Positions 55,400 to 63,596 of a stretch of DNA of 64,000 nt are shown one piece after another; position 1 is the stretch's first letter; each line of letters starts with the position of its first letter. Source of the DNA: Pseudomonadota bacterium (GTDB lineage: Bacteria > Bdellovibrionota_G > JALEGL01 > DATDPG01); NCBI GenBank assembly GCA_043809315.1, contig JAZDDX010000020.1, forward strand, positions 72,031-136,030. Reading direction: 5' to 3'. The translations under genes were made by a program, and so were the position numbers. Below the pieces are notes generated by a model. That model searched no databases and was not told where the DNA came from. It saw only the letters and a program-made list of their open reading frames with translations.

Positions 55400-55872
55400 T
55401 TCTTCCCCTCCTGGGTCTTCTCGTACTTCTTGAGGATCTTCCGGACCTCCCGGTGACTGAGCTTCCCATGCGTCGTCTCCCCCACCATGATGACCGGAGC
55501 GAGAGAACAGCACCCGAGACAGGCGACCGTCTCCAACGTGAACTGTTTGTCTTTCGTCGTCTCGCCGTCGCCAATCCCGAGTTTGTCCTGGACCGCTTTC
55601 GAGATGTCGTTCGCGCCGTTCACGTGGCAGGCGGTCCCGTGGCAGACTTTGATGATGTTCTTCCCGACCGGTCGGTGACGGAACTGCGAATAGAAGGTCG
55701 CGACGCCGTAGACGGCGGAAAGAGGAGCTCCCGTCTTCTTGTGGATCTCGATCAGCCTTTCCCGGCTTAAGAATCCGTCTTCCGCCTGCACTTTCTGGAG
55801 CATGGGGATCAGTTTTCCCTCCTGCCCGGCCCAGGTATGGGTCTTGAGATTGTACTGTCGATGCATTTCCAT
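55396..55872 (-). CDS. NuoE/HydC-like 2Fe-2S subunit
   Basis: VATFYSQF, CHGTAC, ACLGCC..AP. Confidence 0.92.
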   Translation of the reverse strand: MEMHRQYNLKTHTWAGQEGKLIPMLQKVQAEDGFLSRERLIEIHKKTGAPLSAVYGVATFYSQFRHRPVGKNIIKVCHGTACHVNGANDISKAVQDKLGIGDGETTKDKQFTLETVACLGCCSLAPVIMVGETTHGKLSHREVRKILKKYEKTQEGKK

Positions 55873-55891
55873 GGTTTCCCTTCGCTCCCGG

Positions 55892-56293
55892 TCAATCGTA
55901 CGGAGTCTCGAACATCTTGTTCATGAGCTGCATCATCTGGTCGATGTCGCCGACGCCGCCGATCGCATGTCCTTTACAGCCGTGACGCGTGCAGAACTCG
56001 ATGTACCCCTGGTCTTTGATGTTCAGAGAGGCCATGGGCGCTTTGCAGATCTTGCAGGTGATCTGCAGGAGGAGACTCGCGTCGCACTTCGGACAGCGGA
56101 ACTCGACCGGCTCGCCGGTTTTGAGCGTCAGCTCCGTTTCGATCGCGTAATTCCCGAAGATCGCGCTCAACGTGACCTCCCCGTCCTGGTGCGACTCGGG
56201 CAGGTGCGCATCCAGTTTCACCTTCTCCCCTTCCGTCAACCCCGCTTTGCAGTGCGGGCAATAGAGATCCAACAGCAGCATCCGTCGGCTCAT
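55892..56293 (-). CDS. Small Cys-rich (multiple CxxC) hypothetical protein
   Basis: CPHC, CPKC, CKIC, CTRHGC..H. Start trimmed to MSRRMLL after an AAGGAG RBS. Confidence 0.7.
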   Translation of the reverse strand: MSRRMLLLDLYCPHCKAGLTEGEKVKLDAHLPESHQDGEVTLSAIFGNYAIETELTLKTGEPVEFRCPKCDASLLLQITCKICKAPMASLNIKDQGYIEFCTRHGCKGHAIGGVGDIDQMMQLMNKMFETPYD

Positions 56294-57582
56294 GATTTCT
56301 CCTTTTTGAGTTGATCGAGAAGGACGAAAACGCAATCCTCCACTTTCGCTTCCCCGGCGACGACGTCGTGGGCGTGTGTTGCGCAATCGGGGGCCCCGCA
56401 TGCAGCGCAATCCTTGCGCGGCAGTTTGGAAAGAATCTCCTCCCGTTTTTTCTTCCGGGCGATCTTCTCCCTCAGATCCCCTCCCAGCGTGTGGATGGGC
56501 CGAGCCTTGATCTCGCTTTCGAAGTCGAAGAAGTGCTCGCGCAGGAGCAACCGGACCTTTTCCTCCTTGACCGGCGCCCGCGTGCCTAGCTCCTTGGCCA
56601 TCCGCTGGATCGTACGCTGTGCGGCGTACCGCTGTTCCATGACGAGCGGGCCGTTCACGCACCCGCCCGGGCAGATGTACATTTCGATGAAATCGACCTG
56701 CTGGAACTTCCCCGACTCGATCCGGTCGAAGATATACCGCGTGTCGGCCAGCCCCGACGCGGTTAGGGTATTCGCGTTTCGCATCCCGGCGATCTCCCCG
56801 CCCCCCGCAGCCCAGAGGAGCCCTTTAGGGCTTAAGTCGGCGACCACCGGGTTCTGCTTCACCTTGCCGATCGCCTCTCGCAGCGGGGCGAAGATTTCCG
56901 AGATCGAGAGAGCGCCGTCGAGATACGATTGCTCCAGCCCCGTGGCGGCCACGATCGAGTTCATGATCGCGGTGCAGGGGGTGATGAAGAAAAGGCCGAT
57001 CTCCTCCGGTTTGAGGTTCTGTTCGGCCGTCAGTTTCCGGCGCAGGAGTTTGGCGGAGAGCTCCCGCGCCGTTTCGATCGGAACCAGGTTTTGAAGGAGG
57101 TCCCGGTAGCGGCATTGGATCAGGCGGAGGATCGCCGGACAGGTGACGGAGATCTTGGGCCAAGGCCCCGAGCATTCCGAGAGATAGGCGTCGGTCGCCC
57201 CCGCGATCATTTCGCACATCCAGGAGATGTCGTAGGTCGCGTCGAAACCGAGAAGTTTGAGCCCCTCCAGGACGTGCGCCGGGTGCACGTCCCGCCCGAA
57301 CTGTGCGTAGAGCGTGAGCGACGGAAGCGCGACCTTGTACTTGAACTTCCCGAGATCGGCCCGCGAGGAGGTTCGCGGCAGGACCGCTTCGTGGGGGCAG
57401 GCACGGTAACATCCGCCACAGGCGATGCAGAGTTCCTGATTCACCCGAGCGAGATTCTCCCGCACACGGATCGCTTGGGTCGGGCAGGCTTTCGAGCAGG
57501 CGACGCAGGCGATGCATTTCTCCCCGTCGATCGTGATCGACGGGTCGGTGGGAGGTACGATTCTGCGCCGGGAACTTTTCAT
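56290..57582 (-). CDS. [FeFe]-hydrogenase large-subunit-like Fe-S protein (sensory/regulatory type, degenerate H-cluster motifs)
   Basis: N-terminal 2x[4Fe-4S], SVTCPA, TPCTAIMNS, EMYICPGGCVNG, C-terminal CAACG..C...C Fe-S domain. Start trimmed to MKSSRRR. Confidence 0.8.
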   Translation of the reverse strand: MKSSRRRIVPPTDPSITIDGEKCIACVACSKACPTQAIRVRENLARVNQELCIACGGCYRACPHEAVLPRTSSRADLGKFKYKVALPSLTLYAQFGRDVHPAHVLEGLKLLGFDATYDISWMCEMIAGATDAYLSECSGPWPKISVTCPAILRLIQCRYRDLLQNLVPIETARELSAKLLRRKLTAEQNLKPEEIGLFFITPCTAIMNSIVAATGLEQSYLDGALSISEIFAPLREAIGKVKQNPVVADLSPKGLLWAAGGGEIAGMRNANTLTASGLADTRYIFDRIESGKFQQVDFIEMYICPGGCVNGPLVMEQRYAAQRTIQRMAKELGTRAPVKEEKVRLLLREHFFDFESEIKARPIHTLGGDLREKIARKKKREEILSKLPRKDCAACGAPDCATHAHDVVAGEAKVEDCVFVLLDQLKKEKS

Positions 57583-58019
57583 GCCAGGTTGACCCAGTAG
57601 TGAAGCGTGGTACCGACGCCGACCTTCGATTCGATTTCGAAGTGGTCGGTGTTTTTTTTGATGTTGGGAAGACCCAACCCGGCGCCGAACCCGCGCGCCC
57701 GCATCTCCGGCGTGGCGGTCGACCACCCCTCTTGCATCGCGAGGTTGATATCGGGGATCCCCCGGCCGTGGTCGGACAGGAGAACCTCGAGCCTCCCGGC
57801 GGTGACGCTGAAATCGAATCTCCCCTCGTCGGCGTACATGATGACGTTCATCTCCGCTTCGAAGTTGGCTATCGAAAGGCGGCGGATCGCGGCAGAGTCG
57901 ATCCCCAGCTCCCTCAGCACCTCCTTGATCTTGGACGCCACCTCCCCGCCATGCTCGAAGTCGTTCCCGCGGATTTGGAACGTCTGGGCGTATAGAACGC
58001 TGTCGCGATTCGTCGTCAT
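57579..58019 (-). CDS. Anti-sigma-type Ser/Thr kinase (HATPase_c)
   Basis: EAEMN (N box), DHGRGI (G1), GFGAGLGL (G2), GVGT. Confidence 0.85.
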   Translation of the reverse strand: MTTNRDSVLYAQTFQIRGNDFEHGGEVASKIKEVLRELGIDSAAIRRLSIANFEAEMNVIMYADEGRFDFSVTAGRLEVLLSDHGRGIPDINLAMQEGWSTATPEMRARGFGAGLGLPNIKKNTDHFEIESKVGVGTTLHYWVNLA

Positions 58020-58390
58020 TTGAGGTTCGTACCCATTCCGGCTTCCCGAAGAATCCCGCAAGCATCGAACAAGGAATGGTCCGTCCGAAGGAGAGAGATC
58101 TCCTTTTTCCGAGCCGCCTCCACGACATCGGGGGCCAGCTTCTTGCCGGAAACATAGATGATGGCTGGAAGGTCGGCGACGTCGGCGGTGTGAACCGACT
58201 GAATGCTGGTCAGCCCGGTCAAGAGCACGACCCCCGGTTTGGAAAACGCGAGGACGTCACTCATCAGATCGGCGGCGAAACAACCGCCGACCTTGAGCTT
58301 GGTAAGTCCCGACGTCTTATGAACAATCTCACAGCTCAAAAGGTCGATGATCTTTTTGATCGCCACCGGTCTCAACCCCTTGAGTTTCAT
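58016..58390 (-). CDS. DRTGG-domain protein
   Basis: FAADLMSDVL...LLTGL...Q...TA...CGIL..AG. Confidence 0.8.
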   Translation of the reverse strand: MKLKGLRPVAIKKIIDLLSCEIVHKTSGLTKLKVGGCFAADLMSDVLAFSKPGVVLLTGLTSIQSVHTADVADLPAIIYVSGKKLAPDVVEAARKKEISLLRTDHSLFDACGILREAGMGTNLK

Positions 58391-58443
58391 ACTGTTTGGC
58401 CGCCCACGATCCCCCGGGACGCCCCGAGCTGCCGTGATCTAGA

Positions 58444-59133
58444 TCAGCTTTCCAGGGCGATTTTCGTCCCGGTGCGGTGGTCTTTGAACGGCTTCCCGGC
58501 GGAAAAGAGTCGAACCCGCCCCTTCCCAACGATCTGAACCGACTCCCCTTCTACCTTGAGAATGGCCGATTCCTCGACCCCGAGGACCGGATTTCGATTC
58601 ACCACGTGGTATTGCGAAATCCGTTCGTCGCGGGTCTCGGCTGCCGCCGCCACCTGCGGATCGACCTCCAAATAGTGGGGGTTGATGTTGAACGGGACGA
58701 GTCCGAGACCCTCGAAGTGAGTGGTTCCGACCACATTCCAGTCGTTCGTGGTCAGGAGGTTCGGTCCCGCGATGTTGGATCCTGCACTGGAGCCGACGTA
58801 CGGCATCCCACTCTTAACTCTTTCACGAAGGGGTTTTAACAGCTTCGCTTCGGTCAGGCGATGGAGGAGAAGGTAGGTGTTTCCCCCTCCGACGAAAACC
58901 GCTTTCGCTTTGGCAAGGGTTCCGACCGGGTCTTGGTCCCAACGGAGATGGTGGACGGTGATCCCAAGGGGGGAGAGCGCTTCGACCACCTTCCCGTGGT
59001 AGGCCGGTTCGTCGCTGAACGCCGCGGCGGTCACAAAGTGAAGCTCGCGGATGGGGGACAGGAACGACGCGATCTCGTTCCGGCAATGTTCCAGATACGG
59101 TTTTCCCGATGCGCTAATCAGAAGGAGTTTCAT
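58444..59133 (-). CDS. pepE: Dipeptidase E (peptidase S51)
   Basis: VGGGNT, GSSAG (nucleophile), INPHY, ETRDERI. Confidence 0.92.
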   Translation of the reverse strand: MKLLLISASGKPYLEHCRNEIASFLSPIRELHFVTAAAFSDEPAYHGKVVEALSPLGITVHHLRWDQDPVGTLAKAKAVFVGGGNTYLLLHRLTEAKLLKPLRERVKSGMPYVGSSAGSNIAGPNLLTTNDWNVVGTTHFEGLGLVPFNINPHYLEVDPQVAAAAETRDERISQYHVVNRNPVLGVEESAILKVEGESVQIVGKGRVRLFSAGKPFKDHRTGTKIALES

Positions 59134-59158
59134 GGCGGGAAGGGTACCGCCCTATTTT

Positions 59159-59443
59159 CTACAAGCCAAGCTGCGAGTGTGTCCCGATGCGCACCAGAAC
59201 CAGCGTGGCTTGTTCTTCCACATAATAGAGCAGAACGACATCACCGCGGACATGGCAATCGCGAAGACCCGAAAGGCGCCCTCGCAACGGGTGATCCCGA
59301 TATCGGGCGGGGAGAGGGGAACTACTCCGCAGGAGATCAACGACGTCCGAAAGCTCCTTTCGAAGTTTGGGAAACCGATCCGCCAGCTGGCGGTAATCTT
59401 TCTCGAACTGCCGGGTGCTTCGGAGGCGAAGAGAAAGATCCAC
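59159..59443 (-). CDS. yafQ: YafQ-family (RelE superfamily) toxin
   Basis: F.KD, YRDHPLRG...RDCHV..D.VLLY, RIGTHSQL. Confidence 0.9.
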   Translation of the reverse strand: MDLSLRLRSTRQFEKDYRQLADRFPKLRKELSDVVDLLRSSSPLPARYRDHPLRGRLSGLRDCHVRGDVVLLYYVEEQATLVLVRIGTHSQLGL

Positions 59444-59733
59444 TATTTCCCGTTCGCTAGGTCGTCGAAGAATTCTTTCGTGCTCTCGTAGGTCCTCCCA
59501 CGCCCGGCCTTTCGATCCATGCTGAATTCCCGGAGTGCTTCGAAAATCGCCCGTTCACCTTCCTGCGAATAACCGCTCTCCATCCGGAGAGGTAGGCTCT
59601 TCGTCCGGATCACCTGGCGAAGAAACATCCGAAGGGCCGAACTCAAATCAAGCCCCATGGACCGAACAATGGCCGCAGCCTTCCGTTTGATGTCCGGATC
59701 CTCTCGAAACGCGATTTGGATCTCCTTCGCCAT
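59443..59733 (-). CDS. dinJ: RelB/DinJ-family antitoxin
   Basis: R.D..IK..A......GL.LS.A.RMFL.Q......LP. Immediately upstream of yafQ. Confidence 0.85.
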   Translation of the reverse strand: MAKEIQIAFREDPDIKRKAAAIVRSMGLDLSSALRMFLRQVIRTKSLPLRMESGYSQEGERAIFEALREFSMDRKAGRGRTYESTKEFFDDLANGK

Positions 59734-59750
59734 GATGGCCTCCCAGTTGT

Positions 59751-59776
59751 ATATCTAATGTATCACCATTAGCTAT
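59751..59776. promoter_or_regulatory. Inverted repeat, putative dinJ-yafQ operator
   Basis: ATATCTAATG-N6-CATTAGCTAT (10-bp arms, 1 mismatch), 18 nt upstream of the antitoxin start. Confidence 0.6.
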
Positions 59777-59844
59777 CGAAGATCAAGCCGGCAGCATTCA
59801 GGTCCAGTCGTGTGTCCCAAAATTATGCTAGGCTTGGTCCGCCT

Positions 59845-60666
59845 ATGCCCCCGCAAAACTACAACGCCACGGTTCTCGAGCGCACCGATCTCGCCCCCGG
59901 TCTCATGATCCTCCGCGTCGCATTGGACGACCCGAACTTCCGCTTTGCACCGGGGCAGTACACCGTTCTGGGTCTGAAGGTGAAGGAGCCGCGCCTTCCG
60001 GAAGCGGAGGGGGAGGAGCTGACCGAACCGGAGAAAGCCGATCCGGAGCGGATCATCCAGCGCGCCTACTCGATCGCCTCGTCGAGCCGTCCCGGCGAGT
60101 ACCTGGAGTTCTACCTCACGATGGTCTCAAGCGGCACGCTCACACCGCGTCTGTTCGAACTCAAAAAAAACAGCCGGGTTTATGTCGGAGCGAAAGCGAC
60201 GGGGCATTTCACCCTGGATCGCGTGCCGGACGGGTTCCATGTCCTCCTCGTCGGGACCGGGACCGGCCTGGCCCCCTATATGAGCATGATTCGCTCGAAC
60301 GCCATCTCCAAGCAACCGCGGAACTACGTCGTCCTCCACGGAGCGCGTTACTCCTGGGATCTCGGATATCGGCAGGAGTTGACTTCGCTTGCGCACAAGT
60401 GCGGAAACTTCCACTACATCCCCTCGATCTCGCGGCCGCGGGACGACCATTCCTGGGCCGGAGCGATCGGCTATCTGCAGGACGTTCTCTTTTCCGGGAT
60501 CATCGAGATCGAGACCGGGATCGAGCTGACGCCGAAGAATTTCCACGTCTTCCTCTGCGGGAACCCCGCCATGATCGAGGCCGCGAAAACACGCCTCGTC
60601 GAGCACGGCTTCACCCCCGACAAGGGGAAAACGATCGGCGACCTCCACACCGAGGAGTATTGGTAA
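59845..60666 (+). CDS. fpr: Ferredoxin--NADP+ reductase
   Basis: RAYSIAS, GTLTPRL, TGTGLAPY, LCGNPAM, C-terminal EEYW. Confidence 0.92.
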   Translation: MPPQNYNATVLERTDLAPGLMILRVALDDPNFRFAPGQYTVLGLKVKEPRLPEAEGEELTEPEKADPERIIQRAYSIASSSRPGEYLEFYLTMVSSGTLTPRLFELKKNSRVYVGAKATGHFTLDRVPDGFHVLLVGTGTGLAPYMSMIRSNAISKQPRNYVVLHGARYSWDLGYRQELTSLAHKCGNFHYIPSISRPRDDHSWAGAIGYLQDVLFSGIIEIETGIELTPKNFHVFLCGNPAMIEAAKTRLVEHGFTPDKGKTIGDLHTEEYW

Positions 60667-60675
60667 AAACCGGAA

Positions 60676-62049
60676 TCAACGAGTTTTCGCGGCCACTATG
60701 GCGGCGACAAGTCGTTCTTCCAATCTCTGGAACTCTCCGTTGTCTCCCATGGGAAAATTGAACAACGTGCTAAAAACAACCTCCACTCCGTCCACCGTCT
60801 GAAAGACTCCCGTTAAGGAGACGATGCCGCTCATATTCCCCGTTTTCGCGCGGAGTTTCGACGGAGTCGCCGAAAACCGGTTCCCGAGTGTGCCGTCCAC
60901 GCCGCCGATCGACAGGGAGGCGAGAAACTCCGGGGCGATCGCAAGGTCGACGGCAGCAGCGCGGACGATCAAGCCGAGGGTACGGGCGGAGATGCGAGTC
61001 TTTCGCGAAAAACCGGATGCGTTTTCAAGAACGAGGCCGGGAGCTTCGATCCCACGGGCTGAAAGCCACTCCCGAAGAGTCCGGAGACCGCTCTCGGCGT
61101 TCGGCTCGGTCCCGACGGCTCGCAGGAGCATCTCGGCGATAAAGTTGTTGCTGGTCTTATTCAGATCAAAGACGATCTGCGAGAGCGGCTTCGAGGAAAA
61201 TTCCAGGAGTTCTTGGGTGCCGGTCGCCGGACAGATTCCCGCGCGGATCTTCCCCGTGATCTTTCCCCCGGCCCGCCTGAATTGTTTGGCGAAAATACCG
61301 GCCGTATAGAGAGCCGGATCCGGTACCGAGCAGTTCCTCGTAATCCTTTCGCTGAGGAAGATGTTCCCACGGATAGAGACGGTCAGGAAATCTCCGGAGC
61401 GTTCGACGGCAGTTCCCACTCCTCCGATGACATCGTTCGAGGTCGTCAGGGCCTGGTTCCGGATCTGGAAGATGGGCAGCTCCGATTCGAGAAGGATGCG
61501 GGGAGGCTTTCCGATTCGCGTCGGTTCGACGTGAAGGGTCAGCGAGTTGGAATTCACTGAAAGCGCACTGACCGGCGCCGCAAAGAACTGGTCGAAATCC
61601 TGTTCGAACTCGACTGAGTAGTCGCGGGCGGGGGAAAAATAGGAGTCGTCCCCAATTAGGTCGGCGATCTTTCTGACCCCTTTCCGTCGAACTTCTTTCG
61701 CAAGGAGCCAGACCGACTCGTCAACCAACGACGGATCACCGCGCCCGATCAAGCAGAGATGGTTTCCCGCTTTCCGAACCAGTGTCTTGAAGCGATAGTT
61801 CGGACCCAGACGGGAAAGCGCCGTGGCGGCAATTAGAACCTTGATGCTCGAAGCGGGGGTGAAGAGAAGGTCGGCACCCTCGGAGAAAAGGATCTTCCCT
61901 CCCCGAAGCTCCCTCACCTCGATCCCGTATTGCCCTTTCGCGAGCTGCGCCTGCTTGAGAATCGGCGTCAGAATCTCCGCCAATGGACCTTCGGCTGCGA
62001 TGACCGAGTTCGCGGAGAACGTCAAAAGGAGTATGAGAACGGCCCGCAT
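60676..62049 (-). CDS. dacB: D-Ala-D-Ala carboxypeptidase/endopeptidase (PBP4, S13)
   Basis: PASSIK (SxxK), GDPSL, SNN (SxN), AKTG, signal peptide. Confidence 0.92.
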   Translation of the reverse strand: MRAVLILLLTFSANSVIAAEGPLAEILTPILKQAQLAKGQYGIEVRELRGGKILFSEGADLLFTPASSIKVLIAATALSRLGPNYRFKTLVRKAGNHLCLIGRGDPSLVDESVWLLAKEVRRKGVRKIADLIGDDSYFSPARDYSVEFEQDFDQFFAAPVSALSVNSNSLTLHVEPTRIGKPPRILLESELPIFQIRNQALTTSNDVIGGVGTAVERSGDFLTVSIRGNIFLSERITRNCSVPDPALYTAGIFAKQFRRAGGKITGKIRAGICPATGTQELLEFSSKPLSQIVFDLNKTSNNFIAEMLLRAVGTEPNAESGLRTLREWLSARGIEAPGLVLENASGFSRKTRISARTLGLIVRAAAVDLAIAPEFLASLSIGGVDGTLGNRFSATPSKLRAKTGNMSGIVSLTGVFQTVDGVEVVFSTLFNFPMGDNGEFQRLEERLVAAIVAAKTR

Positions 62050-62104
62050 CGATTTTCCCCGTGTCATCTTAGACGCCCCCGTGTAAAGACTCTACCGAAG
62101 AATC

Positions 62105-63577
62105 GTGTCGACCTCCGACAAGCGAACGCAAATCGGCAGTCTGCTTCTCGTCTTATCCATAACTTTCCTCGTCTATTCGTCCGTATTTTCGATCCCTTTC
62201 TTGTACTACGAAGAATACGGCATCACGCAGAACTCTACCGTGATGAATCCCGCCGCATTCATCCAACGGATGATGACCCTGCGCGGGTTCTTCGGCCGCC
62301 CTATTTCGACCCTCTCCTATCTCATCGATTTTCAACTTGCGGGCCCCTCCCCCGCCTTCTTCCACTTGATGAACTTGCTTATTCACTGTGGAAACGTCGT
62401 TCTGTTTTACTTCCTCGCTACCCGGCTCCCCCTCAAGAATGTCCTTCTACCGACCTTGTTCTTCGCTCTGCACCCGCTAGCCACTGCGTGCGTCAGCCAA
62501 ATCCACGGTCGACCATCTTCACTCAGTACGTTTTTTCTCCTGGCTGGTTTGCTGCTTTTTATGCGATGGAAGGAGAGCGAACGACTTAACGGAAAGAACC
62601 TAACCATCCTCTTCGGACTCTTCTTGCTCATGGTATTGAGCAAGCAAACGACGGTCTTCTTCCCTCTCCTCCTTCTCTGGTTCGAGTTCCACACAACCGG
62701 TTCCGCTTTCTTGAACAGAGTGAGAGCCCAACTGAGGTCCAAATCAGGATTGGCTGTTTCCGCCCTGGGCTTGTTGATTGCGGTATTGCTCCTGCGAACG
62801 TACGTGTGGCCCAACATCGGAAACGCGATTGTTGACCCAACGACCTATTCTTTGTCCCAATTCGGAAACGCTTTTACTCTGATCAAGTTCTACGTTCTGC
62901 CCTTCCAAACCGCCTTGGTGCACGATCTCTATTTTCACGCTGGCCTGGATCTGGATGTGTTTGTCGGTCTATTGATCTTTTCGGGGCTGGTACTCTTTTC
63001 CGCTCGCAAGAGAACCACCACTTCCGGATTCCTGTTGGGTGCGATTTTGATCTCGCTCTTTCCCACCAACAGCTTTATTCCCAAGAATGAGGTGATCCGG
63101 GAATGGAGGCTTTATCCAAGTCTGGTTTTTGTTTGTTTGCTTTTCGGATCCTTCATCGACTGTTCGGTCGAGACCATTCGGAGCAAGCTTTCCACACCGA
63201 GGTTCTGGACGACTCTTTTCTATGTGACACTCGTCGCGTACGTTTCGATGGAAGGGTATTCCGTCGTTCGTCAAAACCGAGTCTACACGGACGAAATTAA
63301 AGTGTGGGAACAGGTTTCGGAGAAATATCCCTATTCCAGCGATGCCATGAGCAACATCGGCGTGATCTACGGACGAAGGGGGGATTATCCGAAGGCGCTC
63401 GAGTACTTCTTAAGAGCCATCCAGTTGGACGGCACCAATTACACCTACTACCTGAATGTCGCCGCCGCTTATTGGCGACTCGGAGACCGGGAACAAAACG
63501 AGCTTTTTTCTCGGAGGGGGCAGGAGATCGCCGCCCGATACAACGAACGGAGCCACTCCTTTCACCTGAAGAGGTGA
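62105..63577 (+). CDS. TMTC-like polytopic membrane protein with C-terminal TPR (putative protein O-glycosyltransferase)
   Basis: RP...LSY..D, FHL.NL..H..N, LFFALHP, SK.T, E.RLY, then TPR (AMSNIGVIY...A..YF..A). GTG start. Confidence 0.75.
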   Translation: MSTSDKRTQIGSLLLVLSITFLVYSSVFSIPFLYYEEYGITQNSTVMNPAAFIQRMMTLRGFFGRPISTLSYLIDFQLAGPSPAFFHLMNLLIHCGNVVLFYFLATRLPLKNVLLPTLFFALHPLATACVSQIHGRPSSLSTFFLLAGLLLFMRWKESERLNGKNLTILFGLFLLMVLSKQTTVFFPLLLLWFEFHTTGSAFLNRVRAQLRSKSGLAVSALGLLIAVLLLRTYVWPNIGNAIVDPTTYSLSQFGNAFTLIKFYVLPFQTALVHDLYFHAGLDLDVFVGLLIFSGLVLFSARKRTTTSGFLLGAILISLFPTNSFIPKNEVIREWRLYPSLVFVCLLFGSFIDCSVETIRSKLSTPRFWTTLFYVTLVAYVSMEGYSVVRQNRVYTDEIKVWEQVSEKYPYSSDAMSNIGVIYGRRGDYPKALEYFLRAIQLDGTNYTYYLNVAAAYWRLGDREQNELFSRRGQEIAARYNERSHSFHLKR

Positions 63578-63596
63578 AAATCCAGCTCGCGCGGGG

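Noticed and set aside
49852-55872. Calling this complex I (nuoEFG) or formate dehydrogenase
   Set aside because: There are no membrane nuo genes, a GltD module is inserted, and the Cys/Sec-His Mo-ligand motif is absent.
336-57600. Many long antisense or alternate-frame ORFs (e.g. 4488-5861, 5858-7258, 17473-19059, 24075-25316, 27006-28397, 50956-52260)
   Set aside because: They shadow well-supported genes, are Arg/Pro/Asp-rich with no motifs, and are expected in GC-rich coding DNA.
1583-58155. Long N-terminal extensions in the ORF track (nitroreductase, xdhC, GTPase, moeA, moaA, flavin reductase, 49283 ORF, nuoF, 55892 ORF, 56290 ORF)
   Set aside because: They overlap neighbouring genes. 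Internal ATGs give the family N-terminus and coupled stop/start junctions, so I trimmed the starts.
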